Below the pieces are notes generated by a model. The model was not told where the DNA came from and searched no databases. It worked only from the letters and a program-made list of their open reading frames with translations. Position numbers and translations under genes: made by a program. Below, one piece after another: positions 1 through 9,405 of a stretch of 37,865 bases of DNA. Origin of the DNA: a virus (lineage: Duplodnaviria > Heunggongvirae > Uroviricota > Caudoviricetes); IMG/VR virus record IMGVR_UViG_2548876954_000011; one strand, given 5' to 3'. The number at the start of each line of letters is the position of its first letter. Positions within the stretch are counted from its first letter, which is position 1.

Positions 1-1032
1 TCAAAAACTTGCTATTGATGTTGGTAGTGTTGCCAGCGGATTAAACCGTAATGCAGTTTCCAGATGATCTGGTGCCAGATGTGCGTAACGCATAGTCATT
101 TTTATATCGTGGTGTCCGAGAATTTTTTGTAAGGCGAGAATGTTTCCACCCGACATCATGAAGTGCGCCGCAAACGTATGGCGCAGAACGTGTGTGAGTT
201 GACCGCGAGGGAGCACGATAGACGTTTTTTCCATCACGGATAAAAATCGAAAATAGCAGTCTGTGAAGAAATTGAACCCATCAAGCGCCATGATCTCTTC
301 GTAAAGCTCTTTACTGATAGGGATGCTTCTGTTTTTCTTCCCCTTCGTTCTTACAAAGGTAATTCGGTATTTGGTCACCTGTGAGCGGGTAAGATTTACG
401 GCTTCACGCCAGCGTGCGCCTGTGCTTAAGCATATCTTAACTACCAGTGCCAGAATTGGGTCCTGACGTTTGCAATCAGCCAGTAATTCAACAATCTGCT
501 CATGGGTAAGCCATGCCATCTCTTTTTCTGCGATGGTGAATTTTCGCATGTTCTCCAGTGGGTTCGGATACGACCATTCGCCCAGGCGGGATAGTTCGCT
601 AAAAACACTACTTAGATAGCTTTGCTCCAGGTTAATGGTGACCGGGCTTGCTCCTTTCTTCCATTTCTCGCTGAAGTAGATCTCTCCTGTCAGGCGTTTA
701 TCTCGATAGTGGGCAAACATTTTAGATGTGAGATCGGTTGCAAGGGGATTGCCCAGAGCGTCAACCATCAACAGCAGTTTGTCATAGACATGCTGGCCAG
801 CTGTCAGAGATTTACCATGTAGTTTGAACCATAGTTCAACCACGTCTTTCAGTGTTCGACGATCCACTGATTCGCCCAGCCAGGGCTTTGCTTCGGTTTC
901 TTCCATCGTGTGACGCTCAAAAGCCAGAGCTTCGCCTTTGGTGGCGAATTGTTTACGCACACGACGTCCGCTACGTCCGGCGGGGTAACATTCGCAAAGC
1001 CATTTTCCTGTGGTGAGTTTTCGTACTGCCAT
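1..1032 (-). CDS. int: Tyrosine site-specific integrase (P2/186 Int family)
   Basis: 343 aa; C-terminal catalytic region ...HVLRHTFAAHFMMSGGNILALQKILGHHDIKMTMRYAHL (R-H-R-Y type); stop codon is window positions 1-3; position next to the repressor as in 186. Confidence 0.9.
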   Translation of the reverse strand: MAVRKLTTGKWLCECYPAGRSGRRVRKQFATKGEALAFERHTMEETEAKPWLGESVDRRTLKDVVELWFKLHGKSLTAGQHVYDKLLLMVDALGNPLATDLTSKMFAHYRDKRLTGEIYFSEKWKKGASPVTINLEQSYLSSVFSELSRLGEWSYPNPLENMRKFTIAEKEMAWLTHEQIVELLADCKRQDPILALVVKICLSTGARWREAVNLTRSQVTKYRITFVRTKGKKNRSIPISKELYEEIMALDGFNFFTDCYFRFLSVMEKTSIVLPRGQLTHVLRHTFAAHFMMSGGNILALQKILGHHDIKMTMRYAHLAPDHLETALRFNPLATLPTSIASF

Positions 1033-1113
1033 AAAAAATACCCTCCAGTGGAGAGTATTTTTGCTGTATATATAACCAGTGTCAATGTATTAGATACATG
1101 TTGTCATACATCA

Positions 1114-2091
1114 TCACTTTTGGGTAACAATGTCATCATTTGCTGCTGATTTTTTATCTGCAAGTGTGCCTAGAATGTTAAATAAATTTGGAGGTGGCTG
1201 CGTTTTATCTGCGAATGCAGAATTAGCTGACATGTTCCAATCTTTAAACACATCAATAGCATCTTGTTTTGTCGCAGTTGAACCATAAATTTGTAAGAAG
1301 ACCTCACCAAACATTAGAGCGTGTTGTCTGTCTTTTCTTATGATTGCTTCATGTGTGTATTTTTTTGAATTGTTTAAACAAAAATAAGAAAGCCAAGAAA
1401 GTAATGCAACCCCAAGTAAGCCCCTAGTGAAATAATAAAAAAGTTCAATGGGGGTGGCGTCTTTTATATCTATTTTATAGAAAAATGTTAAAAAGGCGGC
1501 ACTTATAGATAATAATGATAAAAGTATTCCGGCTATCGCCCAATTGTAAGACATTGCAGTGAAATCCTTATCGTCCTGATGTAATTTTGCTTTGACACCC
1601 TGCACATATTCAGGAACTTTTTCGTCAATTTTATTTTGTTGAATTTTGCTTGAAAGTTTTTGGTTTTGAAGCTTTAACTCTTTGTTTTGGGCGTGTTGGA
1701 GTTTTAGCTGTGATGCTAGTTTTTCTTTACTGTCCATTGCAGTTAATAACTCTATCTGCAACTTGTTGAATTGGTCTAACTGCGAATTATGGCTTTTTTG
1801 AAACTCGCGTAGTTTATGTTCTAACTCATCAATTTTTAAAAGGTACTTATCTGCTTCACTGTTTTGCAATGATGTATGGTCAGGCATGAAGGACTCATAC
1901 ATATATTTTTTTTTAGAAAAATTTCGACTGTAAGCATCAAGCAGTATATCGAATTCATCAAACTCTAGAGAATCCAATAGGTTTTTCAAAGTATTATAGG
2001 TGTCATTAGATAAATGTGATTTTAATTCTCCTAATTTAATACTTCTAGACGTATATTTTTCACTATTACTTTTATAATCAGAACCACTCAT
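1114..2091 (-). CDS. Hypothetical coiled-coil protein with two predicted transmembrane helices; cargo gene inserted between repressor and integrase
   Basis: 325 aa ORF; Lys/Glu/Gln-rich heptad-like N-terminal half (…LQIELLTAMDSKEKLASQLKLQHAQNKELKLQNQKL…), hydrophobic segments AIAGILLSLLSISAAFLTFFY and GLLGVALLSWLSYFCL; visibly AT-rich compared with the phage backbone; same strand as repressor and int. Confidence 0.6.
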   Translation of the reverse strand: MSGSDYKSNSEKYTSRSIKLGELKSHLSNDTYNTLKNLLDSLEFDEFDILLDAYSRNFSKKKYMYESFMPDHTSLQNSEADKYLLKIDELEHKLREFQKSHNSQLDQFNKLQIELLTAMDSKEKLASQLKLQHAQNKELKLQNQKLSSKIQQNKIDEKVPEYVQGVKAKLHQDDKDFTAMSYNWAIAGILLSLLSISAAFLTFFYKIDIKDATPIELFYYFTRGLLGVALLSWLSYFCLNNSKKYTHEAIIRKDRQHALMFGEVFLQIYGSTATKQDAIDVFKDWNMSANSAFADKTQPPPNLFNILGTLADKKSAANDDIVTQK

Positions 2092-2103
2092 TCCAATATC
2101 CTT

Positions 2104-3048
2104 TTATAATTCTTCTATCAGAATAAAATTGCATTTTGCAATAACATCAATATCTGAAATTTTACATTCAAATGATAAATCATTGTCTGAAATTTTTAAT
2201 CTTCCTACAGGAATTCTAGTTAGGGTTCGAATGCTCACTTTCCCTTCTATTTCAACAATCCATTTACCATCTGTAATTTCATCGAATGATTGATTACATA
2301 GGTATGTTTTTTTTTCGGTGCTAACAATCAATGGTAATTGGATTGAGTCTGGTAGTAATGCTTTATCAAGCATATAGAAATTTGAATCAAATAGATTCCC
2401 GTCAGTAATTTTTTTGTGAGTAATAGCAATTACATCATTTCTTGCATCGTCAAACTTTGGGCCTTTACCAGTAGTTAGCCACATTAGTGAAGTACCCGTT
2501 TCGAGAGCGCACTTAATTATCCAGTCTGAAGGAAAAACATCACGCATATATCTTGTGGCTAATGTGCTTTTTGAAATACCTAAGTGATCAGCTAAGGCTT
2601 GGCGAGTCTTATAACCGTAAGCCCTAACAATTCGCTCTATTGCTTCCTTGCCACCCCGAGAATAATCAATGGTGTTTTCATTATCGAACTTTGGTTGTTT
2701 ATAGTGAACGTCATGATAAGAACCATCTTCGGAGTGTGTTTCAACATGCTGTTCTGGTGAAGGGGATGGCATTTGTTCGTCATCATCTGAACCAAATGCT
2801 AGCCATTTAATTGATGCTCCAGTTTCCATTGAGCAGATAACAACCCAATCTGCAGGAAATGTATCGCGGGCATATCTGTTAGCCATCGTGCTTTGGGAAA
2901 TACCTAGATGGTTACAGAATGCTTGGCGTGACTTGAAGCCATAAGCCATGAGTATCCGCTCGATTACTTTCTGACCACCGCGATTTTGTATGACAACGGC
3001 TTTCATATCGTCATCAATATGGCGAAATGTGAATTTTTGAGTTGACAT
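2104..3048 (-). CDS. CI-type immunity repressor candidate with two tandem CI-like HTH domains plus a C-terminal domain
   Basis: 314 aa; residues ~24-86 (GGQKVIERILMAYGFKSRQAFCNHLGISQSTMANRYARDTFPADWVVICSMETGASIKWLAFG) and ~132-194 (GGKEAIERIVRAYGYKTRQALADHLGISKSTLATRYMRDVFPSDWIIKCALETGTSLMWLTTG) are about 60% identical to each other and look like the phage CI-repressor N-terminal domain; divergent from the Apl/Cox-like gene, i.e. in the cI position of 186. Confidence 0.65.
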   Translation of the reverse strand: MSTQKFTFRHIDDDMKAVVIQNRGGQKVIERILMAYGFKSRQAFCNHLGISQSTMANRYARDTFPADWVVICSMETGASIKWLAFGSDDDEQMPSPSPEQHVETHSEDGSYHDVHYKQPKFDNENTIDYSRGGKEAIERIVRAYGYKTRQALADHLGISKSTLATRYMRDVFPSDWIIKCALETGTSLMWLTTGKGPKFDDARNDVIAITHKKITDGNLFDSNFYMLDKALLPDSIQLPLIVSTEKKTYLCNQSFDEITDGKWIVEIEGKVSIRTLTRIPVGRLKISDNDLSFECKISDIDVIAKCNFILIEEL

Positions 3049-3136
3049 ATTCTTTATGTGAACCTATTCTCCGTTTTGTGATGTTGTTATCACGATTAAA
3101 ACCAGCTCACCACAAGCTAAAAGGAGATGTTGCATC
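3049..3136. promoter_or_regulatory. Divergent lysis/lysogeny switch region (pL-like and pR-like promoters and operators expected)
   Basis: 88-bp intergenic region between the divergent repressor and Apl/Cox-like genes; AGGAG Shine-Dalgarno at 3122-3126 ten nt before the ATG at 3137. Individual operators were not resolved. Confidence 0.4.
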
Positions 3137-3358
3137 ATGACCCCTAACATTTCAATAACTCTGAATACGCCACATGTCACAATTGAGCGTTATAGCGAAC
3201 TTACTGGTCTTTCAATCGACACAATCAACGATATGCTGGCTGATGGCCGCATCCCTCGACATCGTCTCCGGAAGGACAAGAAAAGAGAAAAGGTAATGAT
3301 CAACCTTGCTGCTCTTACCGTTGATGCACTTACTGATTGCAATGTTGTATTCAACTAG
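3137..3358 (+). CDS. Small Apl/Cox-like excisionase or early regulator
   Basis: 73 aa basic protein, first gene of the rightward early operon, divergent from the repressor; family assigned from position only. Confidence 0.45.
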   Translation: MTPNISITLNTPHVTIERYSELTGLSIDTINDMLADGRIPRHRLRKDKKREKVMINLAALTVDALTDCNVVFN

Positions 3359-3390
3359 TTCCATTTTGGGATATGTCAGGGGTGTCGACC

Positions 3391-3900
3391 ATGTTTGATT
3401 ACCAAGTTTCCAAACATCCACATTTTGATGAAGCCTGTCGTGCATTCGCACTGCGCCACAATCTGGTGCAACTGGCAGAACGTGCAAGCATGAATGTGCA
3501 GATTCTGCGGAACAAGCTGAACCCAGCTCAACCTCATTTATTAACCGCACCAGAAATCTGGCTGCTTACCGATCTGACTGAAGATTCAACGCTGGTAGAT
3601 GGTTTTCTGGCACAGATTCATTGTCTGCCATGTGTACCGATTAATGAGGTGGCAAAAGAGAAACTGCCACATTACGTCATGAGTGCAACCGCAGAGATCG
3701 GGCGTGTTGCTGCAGGTGCGGTATCTGGCGATGTAAAAACCAGTGCCGGTCGTCGTGATGCCATCAGCAGCATTAATTCTGTAACACGACTGATGGCGCT
3801 GGCGGCTGTTTCATTGCAGGCCCGTTTACAGACTAACCCTGCGATGGCGAGTGCAGTTGATACTGTGACTGGCCTCGGTGCTTCATTCGGTTTGCTGTGA
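3391..3900 (+). CDS. 186 CII-like regulatory protein
   Basis: ATG at 3391 gives 169 aa ([49 protein letters not shown]…), which matches my recollection of the phage CII (CP76-type) family and the length of 186 CII; the ORF-track start at 3337 is in frame but probably upstream of the true start. Confidence 0.7.
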   Translation: MFDYQVSKHPHFDEACRAFALRHNLVQLAERASMNVQILRNKLNPAQPHLLTAPEIWLLTDLTEDSTLVDGFLAQIHCLPCVPINEVAKEKLPHYVMSATAEIGRVAAGAVSGDVKTSAGRRDAISSINSVTRLMALAAVSLQARLQTNPAMASAVDTVTGLGASFGLL

Positions 3901-3907
3901 GGTGCTT

Positions 3908-4204
3908 ATGCTGACGAAAGAACCATCATTTGCATCGCTGCTGGTAAAACAAAGCCCGGCAATGCACTACGGTCACGGCTGGATCATGGGAGAGGATGGT
4001 AAACGCTGGCATCCATGTCATTCACAAGATGAATTGCTGTCTGAATTGACCACGAGAAAATGGAGAAAGTCCAAATGTATGCGGCAGAAAGTGAAGTGGT
4101 TTATCAGTTTCGTTACAGAGGGGAGAGTTATTCAGTACCTGAAGATGATTTGCTCTGTTGCTATCCGTCGTTGTCGGGCGATGGTAGCTACTTTTTCACG
4201 CTAA
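3908..4204 (+). CDS. Hypothetical early protein (extent uncertain)
   Basis: ATG at 3908 within the 3878-4204 ORF; N-terminal ~50 aa look protein-like, C-terminal part is W/C/R-rich and overlaps the better-looking 4060-4299 ORF in another frame. Confidence 0.3.
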   Translation: MLTKEPSFASLLVKQSPAMHYGHGWIMGEDGKRWHPCHSQDELLSELTTRKWRKSKCMRQKVKWFISFVTEGRVIQYLKMICSVAIRRCRAMVATFSR

Positions 4205-4299
4205 AGGATGGAACCTTTATACGTGGTGAAAAAGTACAAGAAGTGATGCGTATAAAGACATCACCTCTTGAATGTTATCGGCGAAGTATTTATCGGTAA
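4060..4299 (+). CDS. Hypothetical early protein
   Basis: 79 aa ORF with a balanced composition (MEKVQMYAAESEVVYQFRYRGESYSVPEDDLL…); position corresponds to fil/dhr-type small early genes of 186-like phages, homology not established. Confidence 0.4.
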   Translation: MEKVQMYAAESEVVYQFRYRGESYSVPEDDLLCCYPSLSGDGSYFFTLKDGTFIRGEKVQEVMRIKTSPLECYRRSIYR

Positions 4300-4538
4300 C
4301 GATCTATCAGTGTCTGTATCAGATGAGTGAATTCTTGTTGTTTAACCGAACCTAAAGGAAGTTTGTTTAATTCTTCGCGGAGGAGCTCAAAAAATGCAGA
4401 TTGATTTGCTGAGTCAGTTCGAAATAAGGAGTGGATCAGACCTGAAACAAGAATTCGTTGAACAGCAACCTCATCGCGAAGACTGGAGATCTCGTTTTCA
4501 AGTTGCTCTAAACGCTCTCTTTCAACCGGGTTCAACAT
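4290..4538 (-). CDS. Hypothetical small coiled-coil protein, antisense to the early operon
   Basis: 82 aa (MLNPVERERLEQLENEISSLRDEVAVQRILVSGLIHSL…); AGGAA-type Shine-Dalgarno about 8 nt upstream on the minus strand; AT-rich region. It overlaps a less protein-like plus-strand ORF (4394-4630). Confidence 0.4.
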   Translation of the reverse strand: MLNPVERERLEQLENEISSLRDEVAVQRILVSGLIHSLFRTDSANQSAFFELLREELNKLPLGSVKQQEFTHLIQTLIDRYR

Positions 4539-4619
4539 TGATGATTCCTTCTAGCTATCAATATGTTGGTAATGGATCATATCAAAAATTTTTTAGTAGA
4601 TGTGTTGTGGGATGCATAA

Positions 4620-4961
4620 ATGGCTATTGAAGGCGCTGCGGCGACTGTTCCATTAAGTCCCGGTGAACGCCTGAATGGACTTAATCACATAGCGGAATTA
4701 AGGGCGAAAGTATTTGGCCTGAATATTGAGTCAGAGCTTGAGCGGTTTATTAAAGATATGCGTGATCCACGGGATATCAATAATGAACAAAATAAACGGG
4801 CACTGGCTGCCATATTCTTTATGGCAAAAATTCCAGCTGAACGTCATAGCATCAGCATTAATGAGCTGACCACTGACGAAAAGCGGGAGCTGATTAAAGC
4901 AATGAATCATTTTCGTGCAGTGGTGAGCTTATTTCCCAGACGGCTAACCATGCCGAATTAA
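4620..4961 (+). CDS. Hypothetical protein
   Basis: 113 aa ORF in the AT-rich part of the early region; no recognisable motif. Confidence 0.4.
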   Translation: MAIEGAAATVPLSPGERLNGLNHIAELRAKVFGLNIESELERFIKDMRDPRDINNEQNKRALAAIFFMAKIPAERHSISINELTTDEKRELIKAMNHFRAVVSLFPRRLTMPN

Positions 4962-5028
4962 CCAACTAATGAAATTAATGGCGTAAACCCGCCGGGCATC
5001 CCTTTATCTAAATTCAGGAGAATTGATT

Positions 5029-5262
5029 ATGCGTAATATTGAAATCCTCACGACTAAAACCGGACCGGATGACGCAGGGCTTAATATTTTACTGACAGAG
5101 GCTCGTCTGGAAGAACGTCGGGCAAGGGCTGAAGCAATGGCAGCTCGCCTTGATAGCCTGGCGTGTCATATCACATCCCGCCAGCTAAACCACGTCGAAG
5201 CGGCAGAACTGCTGCGTGTAACTGCTGAAGCAATCCAGAACGAAGCGCAGGAGATCCACTAA
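5029..5262 (+). CDS. Hypothetical small early protein
   Basis: ATG at 5029 preceded by AGGAG (5016-5020); 77 aa; its stop overlaps the next start (TAATG). Confidence 0.5.
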   Translation: MRNIEILTTKTGPDDAGLNILLTEARLEERRARAEAMAARLDSLACHITSRQLNHVEAAELLRVTAEAIQNEAQEIH

Positions 5263-5489
5263 TGGCTGATGCAATGGATCTCGTACAGCAGCGCGTTGAA
5301 GAAGAACGCCAGCGCCATATCCGTGCTGCCCGTGCCAGAACGCCGGGCGTGTCTCGTGTGCTTTGCATTGAGTGTGAAGCGCCAATTCCGCCAGCACGAC
5401 GCCGCGCCATTCCGGGTGTGCAGCTTTGCATTACCTGCCAGGAAATCGCAGAGCTGAAAGGCAAACATTACAACGGAGGTGCTGTATGA
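5262..5489 (+). CDS. TraR/DksA-family C4 zinc-finger protein (P2 Orf82-like)
   Basis: 75 aa with CxxC…CxxC ([28 protein letters not shown]), typical of phage TraR-type zinc fingers. Confidence 0.7.
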
Positions 5490-5788
5490 CAAGGGCTGTG
5501 CGTATCCATCAATTAAAAATTGCACCTAAGTATTTCAACGCTGTGGTTGCAGGTCAAAAGACGGCTGAACTTCGTAAAGACGATCGTGGCTATAAAGTTG
5601 GTGATGTTCTTTCTCTTTGCGAATGGAAGCATGGCGTATTTACGGGTAGGGAATGGGCCGCTGTTATCTCTCATGTGCTTCCGGTTAATGACGTCATGGC
5701 AGTTTCAGAACAATGGGTGATGCTATCAATTCGCCCATTAACCCCATTAGAAGCTTTAGGATATGTTATTGCAGGAGGTGCTGTATGA
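5486..5788 (+). CDS. ASCH/DUF3850-like small protein
   Basis: ATG at 5486 preceded by GGAGG; 100 aa ([42 protein letters not shown]…); family recalled from memory. Confidence 0.5.
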
Positions 5789-6642
5789 GTACCATCCTGA
5801 AATGGGCGGGTAATAAAACTGCCATTATGTCCGAACTGAAAAAACATCTTCCTGCTGGCCCGCGACTGGTTGAACCTTTCGCGGGTTCCTGTGCTGTGAT
5901 GATGGAGACGGATTACCCCAGCTATCTTGTTGCGGATATTAATCCTGATTTAATCAACCTCTATAAAAAGGTTGCTGCTGATTGCGAGGCGTTTATATCT
6001 CGTGCCAGAGCTTTATTTGAGGAAGCAAACAGGGAGTTGGCTTATTACAACATAAGGCAGGAGTTTAATTACTCCACTGAAATTACTGATTTCATGAAAG
6101 CGGTATATTTCCTGTATCTCAATCGTCATGGTTACCGTGGGTTATGTCGTTATAACAAGAGCGGGCATTTCAACATTCCATACGGTAATTATAAAAATCC
6201 GTATTTCCCTGAAAAAGAAATTCGCGCATTTGCAGAGAAAGCCCAGCGAGCAACGTTTATCTGCGCCAGCTTTGATGAAACGCTGGCGATGCTGCAGGTG
6301 GGGGATGTGGTGTATTGCGATCCGCCTTATGACGGTACGTTTTCCGGCTATCACACTGACGGCTTCACTGAAGATGACCAGTATCACCTGGCATCTGTTC
6401 TTGAATATCGATCATCAGAAGGTCATCCAGTCATTGTTTCTAACAGTGACACATCCCTGATCCGTTCGCTGTATCGAAATTTCACTCACCACTACATCAA
6501 GGCAAAACGCAGCATCGGCGTGTCGGCTGGCGAGAGTAAATCTGCAACAGAAATCATCGCTGTTTCCGGGCCGCGCTGCTGGGTGGGATTTGATCCTTCG
6601 CGTGGCGTGGATAGTTCTGCCGTGTACGGAGTGCGTGCATGA
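5785..6642 (+). CDS. dam: DNA N6-adenine methyltransferase (Dam family)
   Basis: [23 protein letters not shown]…EPFAGSCAV (AdoMet motif) and [11 protein letters not shown] (DPPY catalytic motif); about 285 aa. Confidence 0.85.
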
Positions 6643-9053
6643 GCCATGCTGATATGAACAACTGCAGCGGCTTTAACGAGGCCGCCGCAGCATTCTCATG
6701 GAACAGCCCGAAAAAGGCTATTAACCCTTATCTGGACCCGGCGGAAGTTGCGCCGGTTTCTGCGCTTTCAAACCTGATCACTCTGTACGCTGCCGATAAC
6801 GAGCAGGAACAACTGCGCCGCGAGGCACTGAGTGATCAGGTCTGGGAGCGTTATTTCTTTAATGAATCCCGTGATCCTGTCCAGCGCGAAATGGAGCAGG
6901 ATAAGCTCATTAGCCGGGCAAAGTTGGCGCATGAGCAGCAGCGTTTTAACCCGGACATGGTCATTCTGGCAGACGTTAACGCCCAGCCTTCCCATATCAG
7001 CAGGCCGCTGATGCAACGTATTGAATACTTCAGCAGCCTTGGCAGGCCAAAGGCTTATTCCCGCTATTTGCGTGAGACGATTAAGCCATGTCTGGAACGG
7101 CTGGAGCATGTACGCGACAGTCAGCTATCCACTTCTTTTCGCTTTATGGCAAGCCATGAAGGGCTGGACGGCCTGCTGATTCTGCCTGAAATGAGTCAGG
7201 ATCAGGTGAAACGCCTGTCCACCCTTGTTGCTGCGCATATGAGCATGTGCCTTGATGCAGCTTGTGGCGATTTGTATGCCACCGATGACGTTAAGCCAGA
7301 AGAAATCCGCAAGACATGGGAAAAGGTGGCAGCAGAAACCCTGCGACTGGATGTCATACCGCCTGCGTTTGAGCAACTCCGCCGGAAAAGAAACCGCCGT
7401 AAACCCGTGCCCTATGAACTCATTCCGGGTTCGCTGGCGCGTATGTTGTGCGCCGACTGGTGGTACCGGAAATTATGGAAGATGCGTTGCGAATGGCGGG
7501 AAGAGCAGTTGCGTGCTGTTTGCCTGGTCAGCAAAAAAGCATCTCCCTATGTCAGCTATGAAGCCGTGATGCATAAACGTGAGCAGCGCCGTAAGTCGCT
7601 GGAGTTTTTCCGTTCTCATGAACTGGTGAACGAAGACGGCGACACGCTGGACATGGAGGATGTGGTAAACGCCAGCAGCAGCAACCCTGCGCATCGCCGC
7701 AATGAGATGATGGCCTGTGTTAAAGGTCTGGAGCTTATCGCGGAAATGCGCGGTGACTGCGCCGTTTTCTACACCATCACCTGTCCGTCACGTTTCCATT
7801 CCACGCTAAATAACGGCAGGCCCAACCCGACCTGGACAAATACGACGGTAAGACAAAGCAGTGATTATCTGGTCGGCATGTTTGCTGCATTTCGTAAGGC
7901 GATGCACAAAGCCGGATTGCGCTGGTATGGCGTGCGGGTGGCTGAGCCGCATCATGACGGTACAGTTCACTGGCACCTGTTGTGTTTTATGCGCAAAAAA
8001 GATCGCCGCACCATTACTGCTTTGTTGCGTAAGTTTGCCATTCGTGAAGACCGCGAGGAGCTGGGTAATAACACAGGACCACGCTTTAAGTCTGAGCTGA
8101 TAAACCCGCGCAAAGGTACGCCAACAAGCTACATCGCGAAATACATCAGTAAGAACATTGACGGGCGTGGTCTGGCTGGCGAGATCAGCAAGGAAACGGG
8201 TAAATCCCTGCGTGATAACGCTGAATACGTTAATGCCTGGGCGTCTCTTCATCGTGTTCAGCAATTCCGCTTCTTTGGCATTCCGGGGCGTCAGGCTTAC
8301 CGTGAACTGCGATTGCTGGCTGGTCAGGCGGCAAGGCAACAGGGGGACAAAAAAGCAGGTGCGGCGGTACTGGATAACCCACGCCTTGATGCCATCCTGG
8401 CTGCTGCTGATGCTGGTTGTTTTGCCACCTACATCATGAAGCAGGGCGGCGTACTGGTTCCCCGCAAATATCACCTCATCAGAACCGCTTATGAAATCAA
8501 CGAAGAGCCGACCGCCTATGGCGATCACGGCATTCGTATTTATGGCATCTGGTCACCCATTGCAGAGGGCAAGATCTGCACTCATGCAGTGAAGTGGAAA
8601 ATGGTTCGTAAGGCCGTTGACGTTCAGGAGGCGGCAGCCGACCAGGGCGCTTGCGCCCCTTGGACTCGTGGCAATAACTGTCCCCTTGCTGAAAATTTGA
8701 ACCAACAGGAGAAAGATAAATCAGCTGATGGGGACACCAGAACGGATATTACCCGCATGGATGACAGGGAGTTGCACGATTACCTGCACAGTATGAACAA
8801 AAAAGAGCGCCGGGAACTGGCTGCAAGGTTACGTCTGGTGAAACCGAAACGGCGTAGAGACTACAAACAGCGAATTACAGACCATCAACGACAGCAGCTC
8901 GTCTATGAACTGAAGTCCAGAGGATTTGATGGCAGCGAGAAAGAGGTCGATTTACTCCTTCGCGGCGGCAGTATTCCATCAGGAGCAGGCTTGCGTATCT
9001 TCTATCGGAACCAGCGTCTGAAGGAAGATGATAAGTGGCGGAACCTGTATTAA
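6639..9053 (+). CDS. A: Replication initiation endonuclease (P2 gpA-like rolling-circle initiator)
   Basis: 804 aa; HUH-type motif [10 protein letters not shown] (around 7963-7992) and active-site tyrosine region YIAKYISK (around 8131-8154); position after dam in the early operon. Confidence 0.9.
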   Translation: MSHADMNNCSGFNEAAAAFSWNSPKKAINPYLDPAEVAPVSALSNLITLYAADNEQEQLRREALSDQVWERYFFNESRDPVQREMEQDKLISRAKLAHEQQRFNPDMVILADVNAQPSHISRPLMQRIEYFSSLGRPKAYSRYLRETIKPCLERLEHVRDSQLSTSFRFMASHEGLDGLLILPEMSQDQVKRLSTLVAAHMSMCLDAACGDLYATDDVKPEEIRKTWEKVAAETLRLDVIPPAFEQLRRKRNRRKPVPYELIPGSLARMLCADWWYRKLWKMRCEWREEQLRAVCLVSKKASPYVSYEAVMHKREQRRKSLEFFRSHELVNEDGDTLDMEDVVNASSSNPAHRRNEMMACVKGLELIAEMRGDCAVFYTITCPSRFHSTLNNGRPNPTWTNTTVRQSSDYLVGMFAAFRKAMHKAGLRWYGVRVAEPHHDGTVHWHLLCFMRKKDRRTITALLRKFAIREDREELGNNTGPRFKSELINPRKGTPTSYIAKYISKNIDGRGLAGEISKETGKSLRDNAEYVNAWASLHRVQQFRFFGIPGRQAYRELRLLAGQAARQQGDKKAGAAVLDNPRLDAILAAADAGCFATYIMKQGGVLVPRKYHLIRTAYEINEEPTAYGDHGIRIYGIWSPIAEGKICTHAVKWKMVRKAVDVQEAAADQGACAPWTRGNNCPLAENLNQQEKDKSADGDTRTDITRMDDRELHDYLHSMNKKERRELAARLRLVKPKRRRDYKQRITDHQRQQLVYELKSRGFDGSEKEVDLLLRGGSIPSGAGLRIFYRNQRLKEDDKWRNLY

Positions 9054-9147
9054 TTACGCGGGTTAACAATTCGTGCTCTTAATAATACCAGGAATATCAG
9101 GCCGATGAACGTAAAAAAACGTTTTACATCAGTAAGATTATTATATA

Positions 9148-9163
9148 CTGTAAATATAAACAG
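9148..9163. promoter_or_regulatory. LexA box (SOS operator) overlapping a promoter for the downstream Tum/DinI-like genes
   Basis: CTGTAAATATAAACAG fits the CTGT-N8-ACAG LexA consensus exactly; TTTACA (9123-9128) and TATACT (9144-9149) give possible -35/-10 elements; sits 43 bp upstream of the ATG at 9206. Confidence 0.6.
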
Positions 9164-9205
9164 TGGTTATGTATACAGTATTGCTTTGGTGTCATAGGAG
9201 GAAAG

Positions 9206-9394
9206 ATGCAGGACTATTTTTTGGAGTCTTTGAAGCTCCAGCGCATTGATTTTTTTCTTAAGCTTGTAGCGGCTAGTGAGTGTAGTGATGAAGAGAAGGG
9301 GCTGGCTCTGCAGTGGGTTTCTGAATTAACTGATGAACTCATGGCAAAAATCAGAACCCATGAATACAACCGCTCAATGGATGTCATCAGTTGA
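9206..9394 (+). CDS. Hypothetical small protein, first gene of the SOS-controlled module
   Basis: 62 aa; AGGAGG at 9196-9201 just upstream of the ATG. Confidence 0.5.
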   Translation: MQDYFLESLKLQRIDFFLKLVAASECSDEEKGLALQWVSELTDELMAKIRTHEYNRSMDVIS

Positions 9395-9405
9395 GGTGAC
9401 TTTTT

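Noticed and set aside
622-1149. Small ORFs overlapping the integrase gene and its upstream region (622-822, 849-1085, 910-1149)
   Set aside because: Overlap the integrase coding sequence or span the intergenic region in other frames; Cys/His-rich improbable translations; no independent support.
3337-3390. Upstream extension of the CII-like ORF (track start at 3337)
   Set aside because: The ATG at 3391 gives a 169-aa protein matching the expected CII length and beginning; the extension ([18 protein letters not shown]) looks non-coding.
9166-9180. Second LexA box next to the first (GGTTATGTATACAGTA)
   Set aside because: Only the ACAG-side half-site is convincing; the CTGT half is absent, so it is at best a degenerate auxiliary site.
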